Assembly: GCA_030704615.1 (NCBI GenBank)
Contig: CM060733.1
Span: 65,100,001-65,164,000 of the forward strand
Length of the DNA stretch: 64,000 bases
Source of the DNA: Takakia lepidozioides
Lineage: Eukaryota; Plantae; Bryophyta
Direction: 5' to 3'
The translations under genes were made by a program, and so were the position numbers. Of this stretch, positions 12,597 to 24,884 are shown one piece after another (positions within the stretch are counted from its first letter, which is position 1; each line of letters starts with the position of its first letter). A model generated the notes under the pieces. It did no database searches. It saw nothing but the letters and a program-made list of their open reading frames with translations, and was not told where the DNA came from.

Positions 12597-15500
12597 TCAG
12601 TCCAACTCAGAGTCAGTACAATGTATCCCCGATTCCTCTGCATCTAAGTCTAAGTATTTTAGAACACCGGATCCACGCTGGATACACCTACGGCTGGCCA
12701 CTAAAAAGTCAGGGGATAGGGACTCGGCCGCGTGAAGTGCCATTGCCTCGGCATAAACAGGAAGAAGAAAATTGGAAAGAGGGCTGTCGAAAACAGACTC
12801 GCCAGAAATGACTGTATCTCCTGAAGATCCACCGCTGCCTTTCCTGAAAGACAGCCTAAAAAGTTATTACTGTAACTTTGATGTTATCGAGAAATTGAGT
12901 ATGACTCCCAAAGAGGGTTTAGCACTTACTCACATGAAAAGTCGTTGTCGACCTGCTTATCTTCGGGATCGTCATCATTTCGAATTTGAATCCGATCAGT
13001 CTGTGTGCCTGAAGTGGAGCCAGACAAAAGGGGAGGAGCACTGTGTTGTAGAGGTCAGAATCACCCTCCATGCCAAAAAGGCTTCTTCCGCCTGCCTTGC
13101 ATGCGTGGTAAGTTGCTCCTGCACCAGACAGGAGAACATGAACAGTTTGGAGGGGGGGATTTAAGCAGATGAAACTGTTGAAAGGAAACCAATTCGGAAG
13201 GGAAAAAACAAACCTGTGGACACAGAAAGATCGACCACCCATGCAGAGCGGTGGCTGCATGACTCCAGCAGTATTTGCATGAACTCTGGTGACTTTTCCT
13301 TTGCACCTCTCCAGGGAGTGCCATCTGGTCTCTTCAGAGTCTGACTGGACTGCATGAAGTTGTACAAAATGTCATCGACATGGGTCTCATAGGGGGGTTG
13401 ACGAAACAACCTTGGTCAGAAATCTCAAAGCTGCGAATGGAGGATGGTGTCTTTGAGGTGCGAATCCTCCGCAGGCAGATCGCCTCGAACATCCTCGTCT
13501 GGCAAAGATAGCAGGTTAGTGTGGTAAACACAATCTATAGTGGAAGTGTGTACATCGGCTATTCAGAACTCTGACACAAAAAATCATGAATCGGTGATGA
13601 TCGGTGTCGATCATAACACATTCTACTAGAGTGGAGCTGCAGAGAAAATTGAAACTCATGATCAAAGCACAAGCAGAAGGGAGACGGCATACCAGCTGAC
13701 CAGGGAAACCCCCTTTCACAAGGTAGAGGCTGTTCACACAATTCCATGTGCGCAAAACTTCAAACCCTGAAGACTTGAGGTATGATGCCAATGCCGACGA
13801 CTATCATTGTCACATGACTGAAAAAGCAGAAGTGTCCCTGCATCAGAGAGGAAGTTGTTGCAGAACCCGAACACCCAACTCCAGTAGTTGTCCTCGAATT
13901 TGTTCCAGCCTGGCATCTTGCCCTTTGGAAGAACTTCTGGCACAGCCTGGCCATCCGGGATGTCGAGAATGACAATGTCGGCCGCATAAGTTTTTTGCAC
14001 ACCGCACACGAAGGTGGGACCTGTGCTCACCTGCAACAGACATGTTTTTTATAAGAACGATGGCAAGATTGTTTTCAAAGAACGAGACTGAAATACTGCC
14101 AACGAAACTTTCAGAGAAAAAGGAAAGAAACTGGAATTCTCACCAGATTGAGGAATGAGATTATATTGTCCCAGGTAGGGGATGGCACCCCAGTGTATCC
14201 TCTCTTTCGACTCTGCATCATCGAAAGCCAACCCTCATTAACAATTTTCATCTCTCCTGCGGAATCAGAACGGGAAGGGTGTGGCTTGGCATCGAACACG
14301 CACTGAAGAGTGCGGGTATATCTTCCAGCAGTAAAGTCCTGCCCACTCTCCATCTCCTTTTCATTCTCCTTCCCCTTGTCCTTTTCCTTCTCTTTGGACT
14401 TGTCTTTGTCCTTTGGCTTTGCTGGTGAGATGGCTATGACATCAACAGCCTTGTCTTTTGGTTTGCGGCCCGCCTTCTTTCCCTTCTGCGGCGTTCCCTG
14501 AGCATCAGGCTCCTTGGCAGCCAACGTTGCTATGTTTCGTTGATACTCTTCGTCAGTCAAAGGCGCCAGCATCTCAGCGTTATTGTTCAAGTATTTCATA
14601 TGTTGTTCTTGAAAGGTCGTGTGCTCAGGTGGGCAGTCAAGGTACCAGCCACAGTCTCTGAAGTGAGAAGGACTCCAGTCCTTCAATATCCCTGCAGTAT
14701 ACATGGTTGGATCGTTTGCAGGGTCCGACCACATGTCAAGATAGTCGGGAATTCCGCTCAGGTGATTTCCTTCCATAAGCACATATTTCGTGTACCTGAA
14801 AAAAAAAGATAAATCCCAACCCACAAAAGCGCTCAGTGAGTAAGATGCAAGTAGAACAGAATGAAAAAAACATAGATTGAAATGGCTCTGAGAACTGCTC
14901 CAAGGACCTTTCAGGACCACACTACTGCTCCAGATATGAATGTCGTCAACGCCATTCAGAACATTCCATTCAATGATACTGTAAATACACCCCAATCCAG
15001 GTGAATGCAAATTATCGCTTAGGAATGACACAGACATAGAAGTGAATGTCGTCAACGACATTCACTAATGAAGCCAAATTAATACTTAAATGAAGCAAAA
15101 TCACAGGATGGAAATCAAAAAATCGAGTAAGGAACCCACCAGGAAAACTCAATGCACATTCATAACGAACATATCACTGAGGACCTCACAACATCACTGT
15201 ATGTGAATGGCGTCAACGCCATTCACAAAAATACCAAAAAGAAACCAATTACTTAGCTCCCAATCCATGTAAATTCAATTTGTCGCTGTTGAATAATACA
15301 GACACAGCAGTGAATGTCGTCAACGACATTCACTTTGGATTTCTCATAACAGAGCTTATCAAGCCTTCAGATTCCTCGCAAGAGGCAAAAACAATGCAGA
15401 ACAACTGAATGTCTGCATTGACATTCAGCAAAATGAAGTGAGGAACCCTCACTGTAACCTCTATGGACATTACAAAAATTTACATAACTCTGAGGACCTC

Positions 15501-18386
15501 TCAACAACTCCGTAGGTGAATGTCGTCAACGCCATTCAAGGACATTATCAATTCTAATCAGGGACAATATAATTGCACCCTTAGATCCTAACCAGGTGAA
15601 TTCATATACTCGCTTAAGAATGACTCAGACAAAGAAGTGAATGTCGTCAACGACATACAATCTGGATCTAAGATTGCAATCCATATGAAGCCACATTTTT
15701 TCCCAAAAAAAATAGTAGAGTTTCAAGTATGACATTCACCTGTACACAACTCGCATCATGGCCCACTCTCCTCCAACCTGACTGTCAAAGTCGTTGGACC
15801 GTAAAATGTTACCATCTTTGGAGAACTCCCGGAAAAAACAGTATCTCCAGGTGAGACCTCTCCACTTCCTTATGTATGCCTCCAATGACATTTGGGGAGG
15901 GGAAACAATCGAAATGTTCAGGTCCTTCAAAGTCTGATCCAGCACAATGACGGCGCGCTTTTCGAGCTGCAAATAGTATATTTGTCAGAATTGCAAAAGA
16001 GATAGTCATCACATACTTGAAGAGAAGAAAACAGCATGTTCGAATACACACCTGACTCCAAAATGTAGCCTTGTGGAGCCAGTTATCAAACACCAAATCA
16101 CTGATTCCTTCCACCTTTGTGCCAGGCTGTATGGTGCTCTTTGGGAACTGATTCAAGTCATTTACTGTTTGATCTGAGTTCCATATCTCCAGCCACCTTA
16201 TTTTTGTTTGTGGGTCGACCATCGATATGGCCAGCCGGTGCAATTTCTCCTGCTGCATCTCCGGATGCACATGCTTGTCATAGTGTGTTTTGATCTGCTG
16301 AAGGAACTCAGGACCAAGTCCAGGATCTACTATTCTAAGCTGCTTTCCGAAGGCTGACATCAATTTGGTTCTTCGCATTTCAAACTCCTTCTTTATTGCA
16401 GCTTCCACACCCTTTGATGTCCTTAGTTCTTCTGGTGTAGTGCGGTAATATTCGGATTTTCCCTTCTCAGCTGCCTCTGCCAGTTCTTGCTGCATTCATT
16501 CAAGTAGTATTAGCTACAAACATGTATTCGAAAAGTAAACAGAGTACAGACTCGGGCTTACCGCATACATGTACTCCAGAAACGCCTCTCGTGTCAAAGA
16601 ATACCAAGTGCCTGCAGCTCTTCCTGTTTCGCACTTCTTGATGATATTGGGTGGTAGTACTGTCCGAAAATCATCCAGCTTCATCAGACCAATCCTCTGA
16701 ATTCGGAATAGTGTGTGAACCAAGCTTGTTGTCACATGCGATTTCTCTGTCGATCTGCAAAAACATTGGAAACATTGCATTCTTTAACACTGTTTTTTGA
16801 GAATTAATAAGACACTACAGAGGGAATGAATCTCCTGGATGACTTACTTGTTCACGTCGTGCATAGCTGTAAGAAGCCTAGCGATGTCGTTTCCAGGATC
16901 CAAAACCATTGCCTCCACAGCAACATGCTTGTCTTTGTCTTTTGAATGGTGTTTCTGAATGTATCCCATCCATGCAGCAATCGGTGGTTGCCGTCCCAGA
17001 CGTAGAACATGTGGTTGCAGAATTGCTGGGTGTGCTTTCCCATCATGAGGCCCAGCTCGAACTCCTCATTGGCATTTTTCCAGCACTCATCCCAGTTATC
17101 ACTGATCTCTGGAGACACTAATGTGCTTTTCCCATTTATATCCGTCAGTGACACATAAAAAACTTGTGCACCAAGTCTATATCCATGCACAAAATCACTC
17201 TCCAATTTTGTTATGTCATGGGAAAGAGGTGGACGCACAACAGGCATTGATATCATCCGGCATAGAGGTATGTCCAGACGCCCTCCAGATACGAGCATGT
17301 CCCTTATAACCTCCTGAGAGTTTACCTTCTGGAATGACATGAGTTCTTTCACCTTGTCAAGGTAGTGCACTTCGGATTCATCTGCTTCATCTGTATTCTC
17401 TGAGCTTTTTGCGGACTCGTCCCCATCTCCAGATCCTTTCCCCTCTGATCCTGTAGGCTTCGACCTCACAGTTTTCTGCATGATGCCATTCAGTTCTGAC
17501 TGAGTGATTTGCAAATAGTGAATGGCGGTAACGACCATCACTCTGTCTCAAAGAAACTCACCATGAATGGTGTGAAAGAATTCAGCACAATCTACACAAG
17601 CAAAGCTGATACTGCCGTATTCAAAACAAAAGCGAGAGCGATAGCGAACGGCGTTAACGACAATCACAACAGATAACGACCTGCCGGATCGGTGTTGTGT
17701 AATGACATACATGTGCAACTGATTGGCGGCAACGACATTCAGTGTAGTTTAGGGCGGATAGTAAGTGCAGACTCTCTCTTCAAACACATAGGTACATAAA
17801 TGTCATGAGGAGAATCGAATGGCGTTAACGACGCTCGCAATTCAGTAGTTCCTGCTAAAGAAGGGAAGAGGAAGGACTCCTTGAAAGGCAATCAGACAGA
17901 CTGTATGATCTGAACACCAGTGAATGACTGTACCGATAGTCACCAACTCATTGTGCTGTAAACCCTTCGCAGAGGAGTAGAAAGCAAATCACCTTTGTGA
18001 TTGTCGGTAGCGACAATCCCTGTCTGGGACATTCCACTCAATCTCTACGCATATCTTCAACAATGAAATGTAAGTTAGATAAAACTTACTGGCACCTTCT
18101 TAGGTTTTGAAATTTGATCCCCTTCTGCAGCTTTCCTCTTCCCTCTCACATCTGCTGGAATTTCTGTCTGCGCTAGGGTTTCTTGACCTTCTCCCGGTTC
18201 GGCGTTCCGCGTGCTTCCACCTTCTTCAGTGTCCCTGCGAATCATCTCTGCCTCCACAGGCTGGCGCACTCTTATCGCCGACTGTGTCACAGCCGCTGCC
18301 TCAGTCTCCGTTTGCTCTTGTGAATCAGTCTCCGCGTTCACCTGCTGCCTTGGCCCTGTGTTCTCCAACAAACGACGCCTCGTCAT
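12597..18386 (-). pseudogene. Spliced cargo gene (~10 exons, ~1150-1200 aa): ParB/Srx-like domain plus beta-class N4C/N6A DNA methyltransferase-like domain; several frameshifts
   Basis: Exons approx 18386-18090, ~17500-16848, 16754-16562, 16489-16052, 15966-15740, 14795-14144, 14030-13693, 13498-13214, 13118-~12950, 12843-12597, mostly with GT-AG junctions. FYVWDGNHR at 16981-17007; DIVILDIPDG (DIPD 13953-13964); EKSPEFMQILLESCS..WVVDLSVSTG|ATYHACKAGGRSLFGMEGD. Confidence 0.75.
14936..15659. repeat. Intronic array of 24-bp palindromes GTGAATGTCGT-CA-ACGACATTCAC
   Basis: Copies at 14936, 15042, 15203, 15310, 15516 and 15637 within three ~290-bp units; degenerate copies at 17518, 17644, 17720 and 17816. 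Confidence 0.85.
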
Positions 18387-19241
18387 TTTCTCTCTTGCTC
18401 TGCGTCTCTCTCTAAGGGAAGTAAAATAAAGAGACTTTCTTCTCTTTCGTATTCTAGAAGGAACCCTCTCCAGCTTGACTACCACTCTCCCTCTAAGCGC
18501 GAAAAGCAGAAAAACGCAGTGACTCCCGATTTCTTGCGGGATTGCCTGCGTTCTTGCGTGCCTCTAGAAGCATCGGATTCCCTCCCGCGTGACCGTTACA
18601 CATAGTCGTTCCCTTATTAGTGCACATGCCAGCAATTGGTGTACAGCTGTTCGTATTCAGTTATGGATGTCTGACGTGTGTCGCCCAAAAAAAACGGCGT
18701 GTTCTTTATTAGAACGGTTTCAATATTTAAAAATAACAGCGAATCCAAGAAATCTTGGCGCACAGTCTTAGACAAATATATGTAAATGAACGAGAGTTTG
18801 ATGACAAATTTTGGGATATTATACACGGTCATCCTTGTTAGCCAACCCCACGTTCGTTTCACATTTTGAACTTTCCAGGTGCGCATGAACATTGGTAGTA
18901 GTATAAAGATACATTTACTTAATCTGCAATCCCATTCTCAGATCCTGTGGCATGCTTCCAGGAAGTCGGCTTTGTTGTTGGGTTTATTGATGAGGTTCTG
19001 GTTAACGGTTTTACACTTGCCGACACTGCACCTAGGGATACTCTGACCACTGGGCCCACAAGAAAAGTAATTAAAATGGACGGCTGCATATCTGGAAAGA
19101 ATAACATAATATGCACAGTCGTTATCTGAGCTTCCTCCGCCATATTCTCTGCTCATTCTTCAACTGTGTTCTGGAGACAGCAGTAAACCGATTTACACTA
19201 GATCTGCGATAGCAAGGTACAAACGTACGCTAGGAAGGAAG

Positions 19242-22200
19242 ATGGCTTCCTCTGAAGCGGAGTTCTTCTCTGACGACAAACCAGTGCCGTTCTCCTAGGA
19301 AGTCCTTGACAATGGATTTGCAATTGTTCTGGAACATGTCTTGGCTACCCGTTTTCAGCTGCAGAATGGCTCCATCTTTTTGGAGAAAGAGGTGTACGAT
19401 CTTAAAGGGAAGTTGGTGAAATATTCTTTCCAAAACCGTGATGAGACGGCTCATATCAGCCAGTGGAGAGTGCGTCCTGGTCGATACAGAGTACTTGGAG
19501 AGCCTCGGCGAAAGTCCCTTGGGTCATATGTGACGCCCGGGACTGCTGCTTCGGTCGTTGAAGACAAGAGGGAGGTGGTGGTGAAAAAAGAACAGACATC
19601 CTCCACTCCAATCGTTGAGCTTTCGGATTCTTCCGATGATGACATAAGTGAAATTCCAAATCCAGTCCTTCCTACTGTGGTTGGAGAAGCTGATGAAGAA
19701 GAGATTTGTAGTGTCATTCCAAAATTGCGGGCGATGGGAGGAATGGCTGGATTCAAAAGTGAGTTGCGGGGAATTGATTGGGAATCTTTGAAGCAGGTGC
19801 CTGTGAAGTTCTTGCCGGAGACTTTTGATGGCGATATCCTATTCGAGCTGCCTCCTCCTCCGCGAGTTGGAGGTGTAACAATCATGATGCATGGAATGGA
19901 CAAGAAACACGACGGGCACCCGTGGTGCAGAACAAAAACATCCAATATTCAGAATGATGACAAGCTTGTTTTCAGGAAGACAGTTTGCAATGGACACCTT
20001 AGGTGTGATAATTTGAATTGCAGACACTTTCTTCAGTCTGGGGTTCATAATCAAAGCGAATGGGAGGGTCTGGCGGAAAATCCATTTCAGCCTGGGACTG
20101 CCCCTCCACCGGCAAACACTTTCGTCTGCAAATTCTGCAAACTTGTGCCATCCTGTTTGGCGCTCTGCGGAGCAAGAATGTACTATGTTGTCCACCGTTT
20201 GAATACAATGACGAGAGCTTGTGTGCATTTTGGATTCCATAACCATCCTGTCTCGAAGGGGGATTACAGGGAGAGTGTTGAGACAGTATCGAGGTTGATC
20301 AAACAGGAGTTCGGGAGAAACCCATCCGCAACAACATCTGCAATTGCTCTTGGCGCAAGCAAGTCCTTCTTGGAAAGCCATATTTTGAGTGAAGGAGATT
20401 CTGTGGGGACTAAACTTGACGGTGCAGCATTGGACCTGGTCATGGATCATTTCTCCACTTTAAGTTCACCTAACATTCGGCATCAGATCAATGCATTGAG
20501 AATGGGCTCTGGGATCAGAGGCTACATAGACAATATTTTGGAATTGAAACGAGTGAGCAAGTACGATTACATCCAGGACAATGTATTCCCAGGTCAAGGT
20601 GCCATCAAAGTTTTTCTTTTCAAAATGTCGACTGTTGGGGAGGGCAGTGGGGTTAGCCTCGTGAAGCGGATGCAGAAGACTGGGGACTTGCAGAACTGTT
20701 TTCTTATGTTTGATCATGTGAAACGAGTGAAGGATTGGACGACAATGGCTTGTCATGTCTACGATCCAGTGTACCAACGAGTTATGACAATTGCAGTTTG
20801 TGACATGCAATCCGAGGATACGGAATCCCAGAAGCTCATGTGGAATTCCCTGATACGTGTCATGGGCTGCCATGGGCTGCCATCTCCAAATTTCGCAGGT
20901 TTCATGGCGGATAGTGCTCAAGCAAATTTCAATGCTGTTCGTATTGTCTTCGGATCGGGCGACCCAAAAGTGCCTATGCCAGGAAGAGAGCGTACATGTC
21001 TATTCCATTGGACACAATCTCTGGAAAAACATACAAAGTCGGACATCAAACCAGAGATGCAGACTCAGCACCGTAAATTGTGCAAAGAGTACAAAGATGC
21101 TAGAACAATGAAGGAGGCGGACACTTTGTTCCAGACAATTCGTGCCTGGTGGTTCTCTTCTGGAGCTGCATCACTTGAGAGTATGAGAGCATTGGAAGAT
21201 TGGCTGGCATTTTGGCACTTCCGGTATAGACAGTGGGGAGCAGCCATGACAATGGTACGAGGCTTCTATTTCATGCTTTATTCATACATTTGCTTTCCAT
21301 ATTTTTGACTCATTGCTTTCTTTATGTTGTTTCCTGTGCACTGTTCTGAAGTGTGGTTATCCTCTTTGCAGAACATGTCCATTGAGGAAATGGCGGACAT
21401 GCCATCTTGCAATTTGGCAGAAACTGTGCACAACGCATGGTTGCAGCAGTCTGGGAAACGAGGTCGGGATTTGTATGTGGCAACAACAGATGATTTGATA
21501 CGTGCCTTGCAACAACAAACCCGATACCGTGATTTCTTACGAGGTGGGGTTGGTGGCAAGGGTCCGGACAAATGGGAGTTGATGTTGCGTGCTGCAAACA
21601 GATCTGGGGATCCAATCAAGATAGCACGGGCGGTGAGCATGTATGCCCAGGGAACGCCACTTGTTTCTAGAGTTCCACATCTTGAAGGGGAGGAGAGATT
21701 CGGCTCCTGTAAGAGGAAATTGAACACTCCACCTGGTTCGGATTCAGATTCCCACAGGGCAGACCGTGATAACTTCTCGAAGCCTCGTGTTCCCCTGCAT
21801 GACAGCTCCATGTCCGGAACCTCCATTGTGGAGGAACCTCCAACACGACGGCAAGCTCCAGCATCAAACAGTGCCACTGAAATGGTGCAGGAGAGAAACA
21901 ACCCCCTTGATGTGCTTGAGTCCGCATGCCCCGACCACGTTTGGCACATAGAACGCACAAGTGTAGGGTCTCGTGTGAAATGTACAGCGATCAGGGCAAC
22001 TAATTTCGAGAAGTGCACTTCATCTATATCCAGAGGTGGTGCCCGAACTCCTGCTCCGACTTTCACGGGCTTGATGCGTCCATACGGTCAACCAGAAGCC
22101 AAGAACCACAAGTTCTGGTTCTGCGCAGATGATTGTGCCAGATGTGTGCATGGAACTGTGCGTCCTTCCGTAGTGATGAAGCCAATTCCTCCAACCGTTT

Positions 22201-22756
22201 GGCCCGTGAAGGTGGGAACACATCTCAGCTTTCAGGAGATTGAAATGCTGGAGGAGGCAGGTTTTTCCCTTGCGAGACAACCCCAACTCCATGCATGTGC
22301 TACTACTTCTGCGTCCTCCCGGGTCCCCCCGGCAAATCCTGACTTGTGGCCAACCAAACGAGATGGAAAGCTCGTTCGGCGTTTCCCTCCAACCGCTGAA
22401 CACTTTGGCAAAGTGGAGTCCGCAAGAATGCTCCAAGCTCGTGTTGGAAGCACCACGGAAGTACCCGATCCAGGATATGGTCGGGTATTCACAATCATCA
22501 CTTCCACATCTGCTGTTCATGACAGGACCTACGACATCACGGTTTCCAATTTCCCCAATTGCACATGTCCTGATTTTGTGAATATGCTATCAACTAGTTT
22601 GGGCAAGAGAGGTAAATTCATACCCTGCAAACATTTGTATTTCATATTTTTGAGGAGGATGGTTTGCGATCCCAAACGTGACAACTTCATTCACCAGCCA
22701 CTATGAGTTTCAACGAGGTCGATACTCTTTTGCAGCGGGATACAACACATGGGTAG
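19242..22756 (+). pseudogene. Mutator-like DDE transposase with GCM-type Zn domain and C-terminal SWIM finger; 2 exons (19242-21254, 21372-22756)
   Basis: MFDHVKR (D1), FMADSAQA (D2), CLFH, NLAETVH (E); DGHPW..CNGHLRC..C..CKFC..C..HNHP; CTCPDF..CKH. In-frame TAG at 19296 and a frameshift near 22700. Confidence 0.85.
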
Positions 22757-23379
22757 CATGAACTATGTAATGTGGTATGTGGATGACCATGATTTGAAAT
22801 GTGTAATTCACATCAATTCGTCGGCTGTGCAATGATATGGCCTCCAACTATACGGAGTCAGCTCTGAGTGACAACTTTTAGGTAGTGCACATTTGTCATT
22901 GCACCGTTCGAAGTCTACATGTCTTGCTGTCGCTATGCACTACAATCATCTTTTGAAGATGATCCTAACTCTCATTGTTATTTGAGGAGGGAGGAAGGTC
23001 TTCCCGTGGCAGCCTTTATGGCGCACACTTTGTGAGGATATTTTGTCGTCCTCATAATTGTAAAAGTGAAACAAGCATTTGTAATTGCACAATGTTGGAT
23101 GCTGCAATTGTAGGCCTCAATACTCGTCTTGATTCTATTTAGGCAAGATTCCCTGCATTAATTCCACGGTCATAGGACCATCCACGGTTATAGGCGGCGC
23201 ATGTTAATGGTGACGTGGCAGATGACGGACAGTGCCATGTCATCATTTACCGCCACATCAGCATGCTGACATGACGCTCACGCCACGTCAGCGTGTGTGC
23301 AGGCTCACGCCACGTCACTCCTGCGTGAGCGTACGCTCGCGCGCTCACGCGCAACGCTCACGCCATTGCGTCGTTGGTG

Positions 23380-23465
23380 GTGGCACATGGGATGCTTGAC
23401 ACCGCCACTTGAGGAGGTTCATAGTGTAGAATGGTTGTGTCAACGATGCCTTGGACAGAGATAGT
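23380..23465 (+). pseudogene. Second half of the Ty3/gypsy PHD finger
   Basis: WHMGCLTPPLEEVHSVEWLCQRC continues CDKCSRG from 11896. Confidence 0.85.
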
Positions 23466-24127
23466 GAACATGACAATGGTGAGGTTGAAAATGACCTAAG
23501 GTCTAGCTAGTGGGAGTTCAACGCCATGGATACTCAATTGAAAATCATGGATTGCAGACATGCGACTAACAATGGGGCTACTTTTGCACCTGGCCTCTTG
23601 ATCTATCGACTTCAGATATTGGGTTTTGTGCGATTGAAGACCAAGATCGTATTAGGGTGGATACTTGTCAGTTATCTGGTGTTAGAGGGACCTAATCACC
23701 AACTAGGGAGGCGATGGTGACATAACTTTCTAGGATTGCATAACAAGCATTCGTGTCTTTTCCGAATCGACTGCATGTGGACAGAACCCCTAAATCGTCT
23801 AAGTCCCAGGCAGCCCTGTAACAATGTCACTCCTTCGCCATGACTTCTGTGTACATCATACCACGTCCTCTAGGTGTCCTCCACGCAAGGAAGGATGGTG
23901 GTACTCTTTGAAGTAGAAATTCAAATAATCGGCTTTCATGAGTGTCGTTGACTTGATAATTTGATGGCGTCACTAATCTCCTCCATAAATCACCAAACTT
24001 GGTGACAAATTATAAATAGTCACCCTGTAGATGCCTGCCAATTCTCAGGGTGATCGGGGATGACAAGATACTTCAATCGCTGGTTTATCTTTCCGCCATA
24101 CAGGAAGTTGCTCCTCCATGGGAAGTA

Positions 24128-24288
24128 TGACGCCTCCCGAAAGGAGCGTAACTTATGTTGTCTCTTTACCCCAAAGGGCTACTGCCTTCCCGCAGGAAGC
24201 TGGACACCTTTGTTCCACCAATCGGTGGATTGAACCCACAACCACTTCCAAGGTGGTATGTGTCCGTTACCACTGGGCTACAGCTTGG
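24128..24288 (-). mobile_element. tRNA-derived SINE-like element (copy 2)
   Basis: Minus strand TAGCCCAGTGG...GGTTCAATCC; similar to 1326-1462. Confidence 0.55.
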
Positions 24289-24384
24289 TTGTCTCCTCTA
24301 TGGGAAATAAATAACTGATGGTGCCCCTGGGGGTCTTTGCCCTGCCACTGGGTTACAGATATCTGGAGCCCTTCTACTACTCGC

Positions 24385-24884
24385 NNNNNNNNNNNNNNNN
24401 NNNNNNNNNNNNNNNNNNNNNNNNNNNNNNNNNNNNNNNNNNNNNNNNNNNNNNNNNNNNNNNNNNNNNNNNNNNNNNNNNNNNNNNNNNNNNNNNNNNN
24501 NNNNNNNNNNNNNNNNNNNNNNNNNNNNNNNNNNNNNNNNNNNNNNNNNNNNNNNNNNNNNNNNNNNNNNNNNNNNNNNNNNNNNNNNNNNNNNNNNNNN
24601 NNNNNNNNNNNNNNNNNNNNNNNNNNNNNNNNNNNNNNNNNNNNNNNNNNNNNNNNNNNNNNNNNNNNNNNNNNNNNNNNNNNNNNNNNNNNNNNNNNNN
24701 NNNNNNNNNNNNNNNNNNNNNNNNNNNNNNNNNNNNNNNNNNNNNNNNNNNNNNNNNNNNNNNNNNNNNNNNNNNNNNNNNNNNNNNNNNNNNNNNNNNN
24801 NNNNNNNNNNNNNNNNNNNNNNNNNNNNNNNNNNNNNNNNNNNNNNNNNNNNNNNNNNNNNNNNNNNNNNNNNNNNNNNNNNNN
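24385..24884. other. Assembly gap (500 N)
   Basis: Run of N. Confidence 1.

Larger units (their letters stand above)
11897..23379. mobile_element. 11.5-kb Mutator-related DNA transposon carrying a ParB-methyltransferase cargo gene
   Basis: Imperfect 24-bp TIRs CACCAGGGATGCCTCGGCGTGAGC / CACCAACGACGCAATGGCGTGAGC (18/24); subterminal CGTGAGC and CCACGTCA repeats at both ends; host PHD finger resumes at 23380. Confidence 0.85.

Noticed and set aside
12597-18386. Bacterial contamination or prophage as source of the ParB-MTase
   Set aside because: The gene has many spliceosomal introns and is nested within plant TEs.
11897-23379. Classifying this element as CACTA, Sola or Zisupton from its ends or SWIM finger
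   Set aside because: The catalytic core (FD..., MAD...A..., CxFH, N.AE..H) follows the Mutator/IS256 pattern rather than those families.
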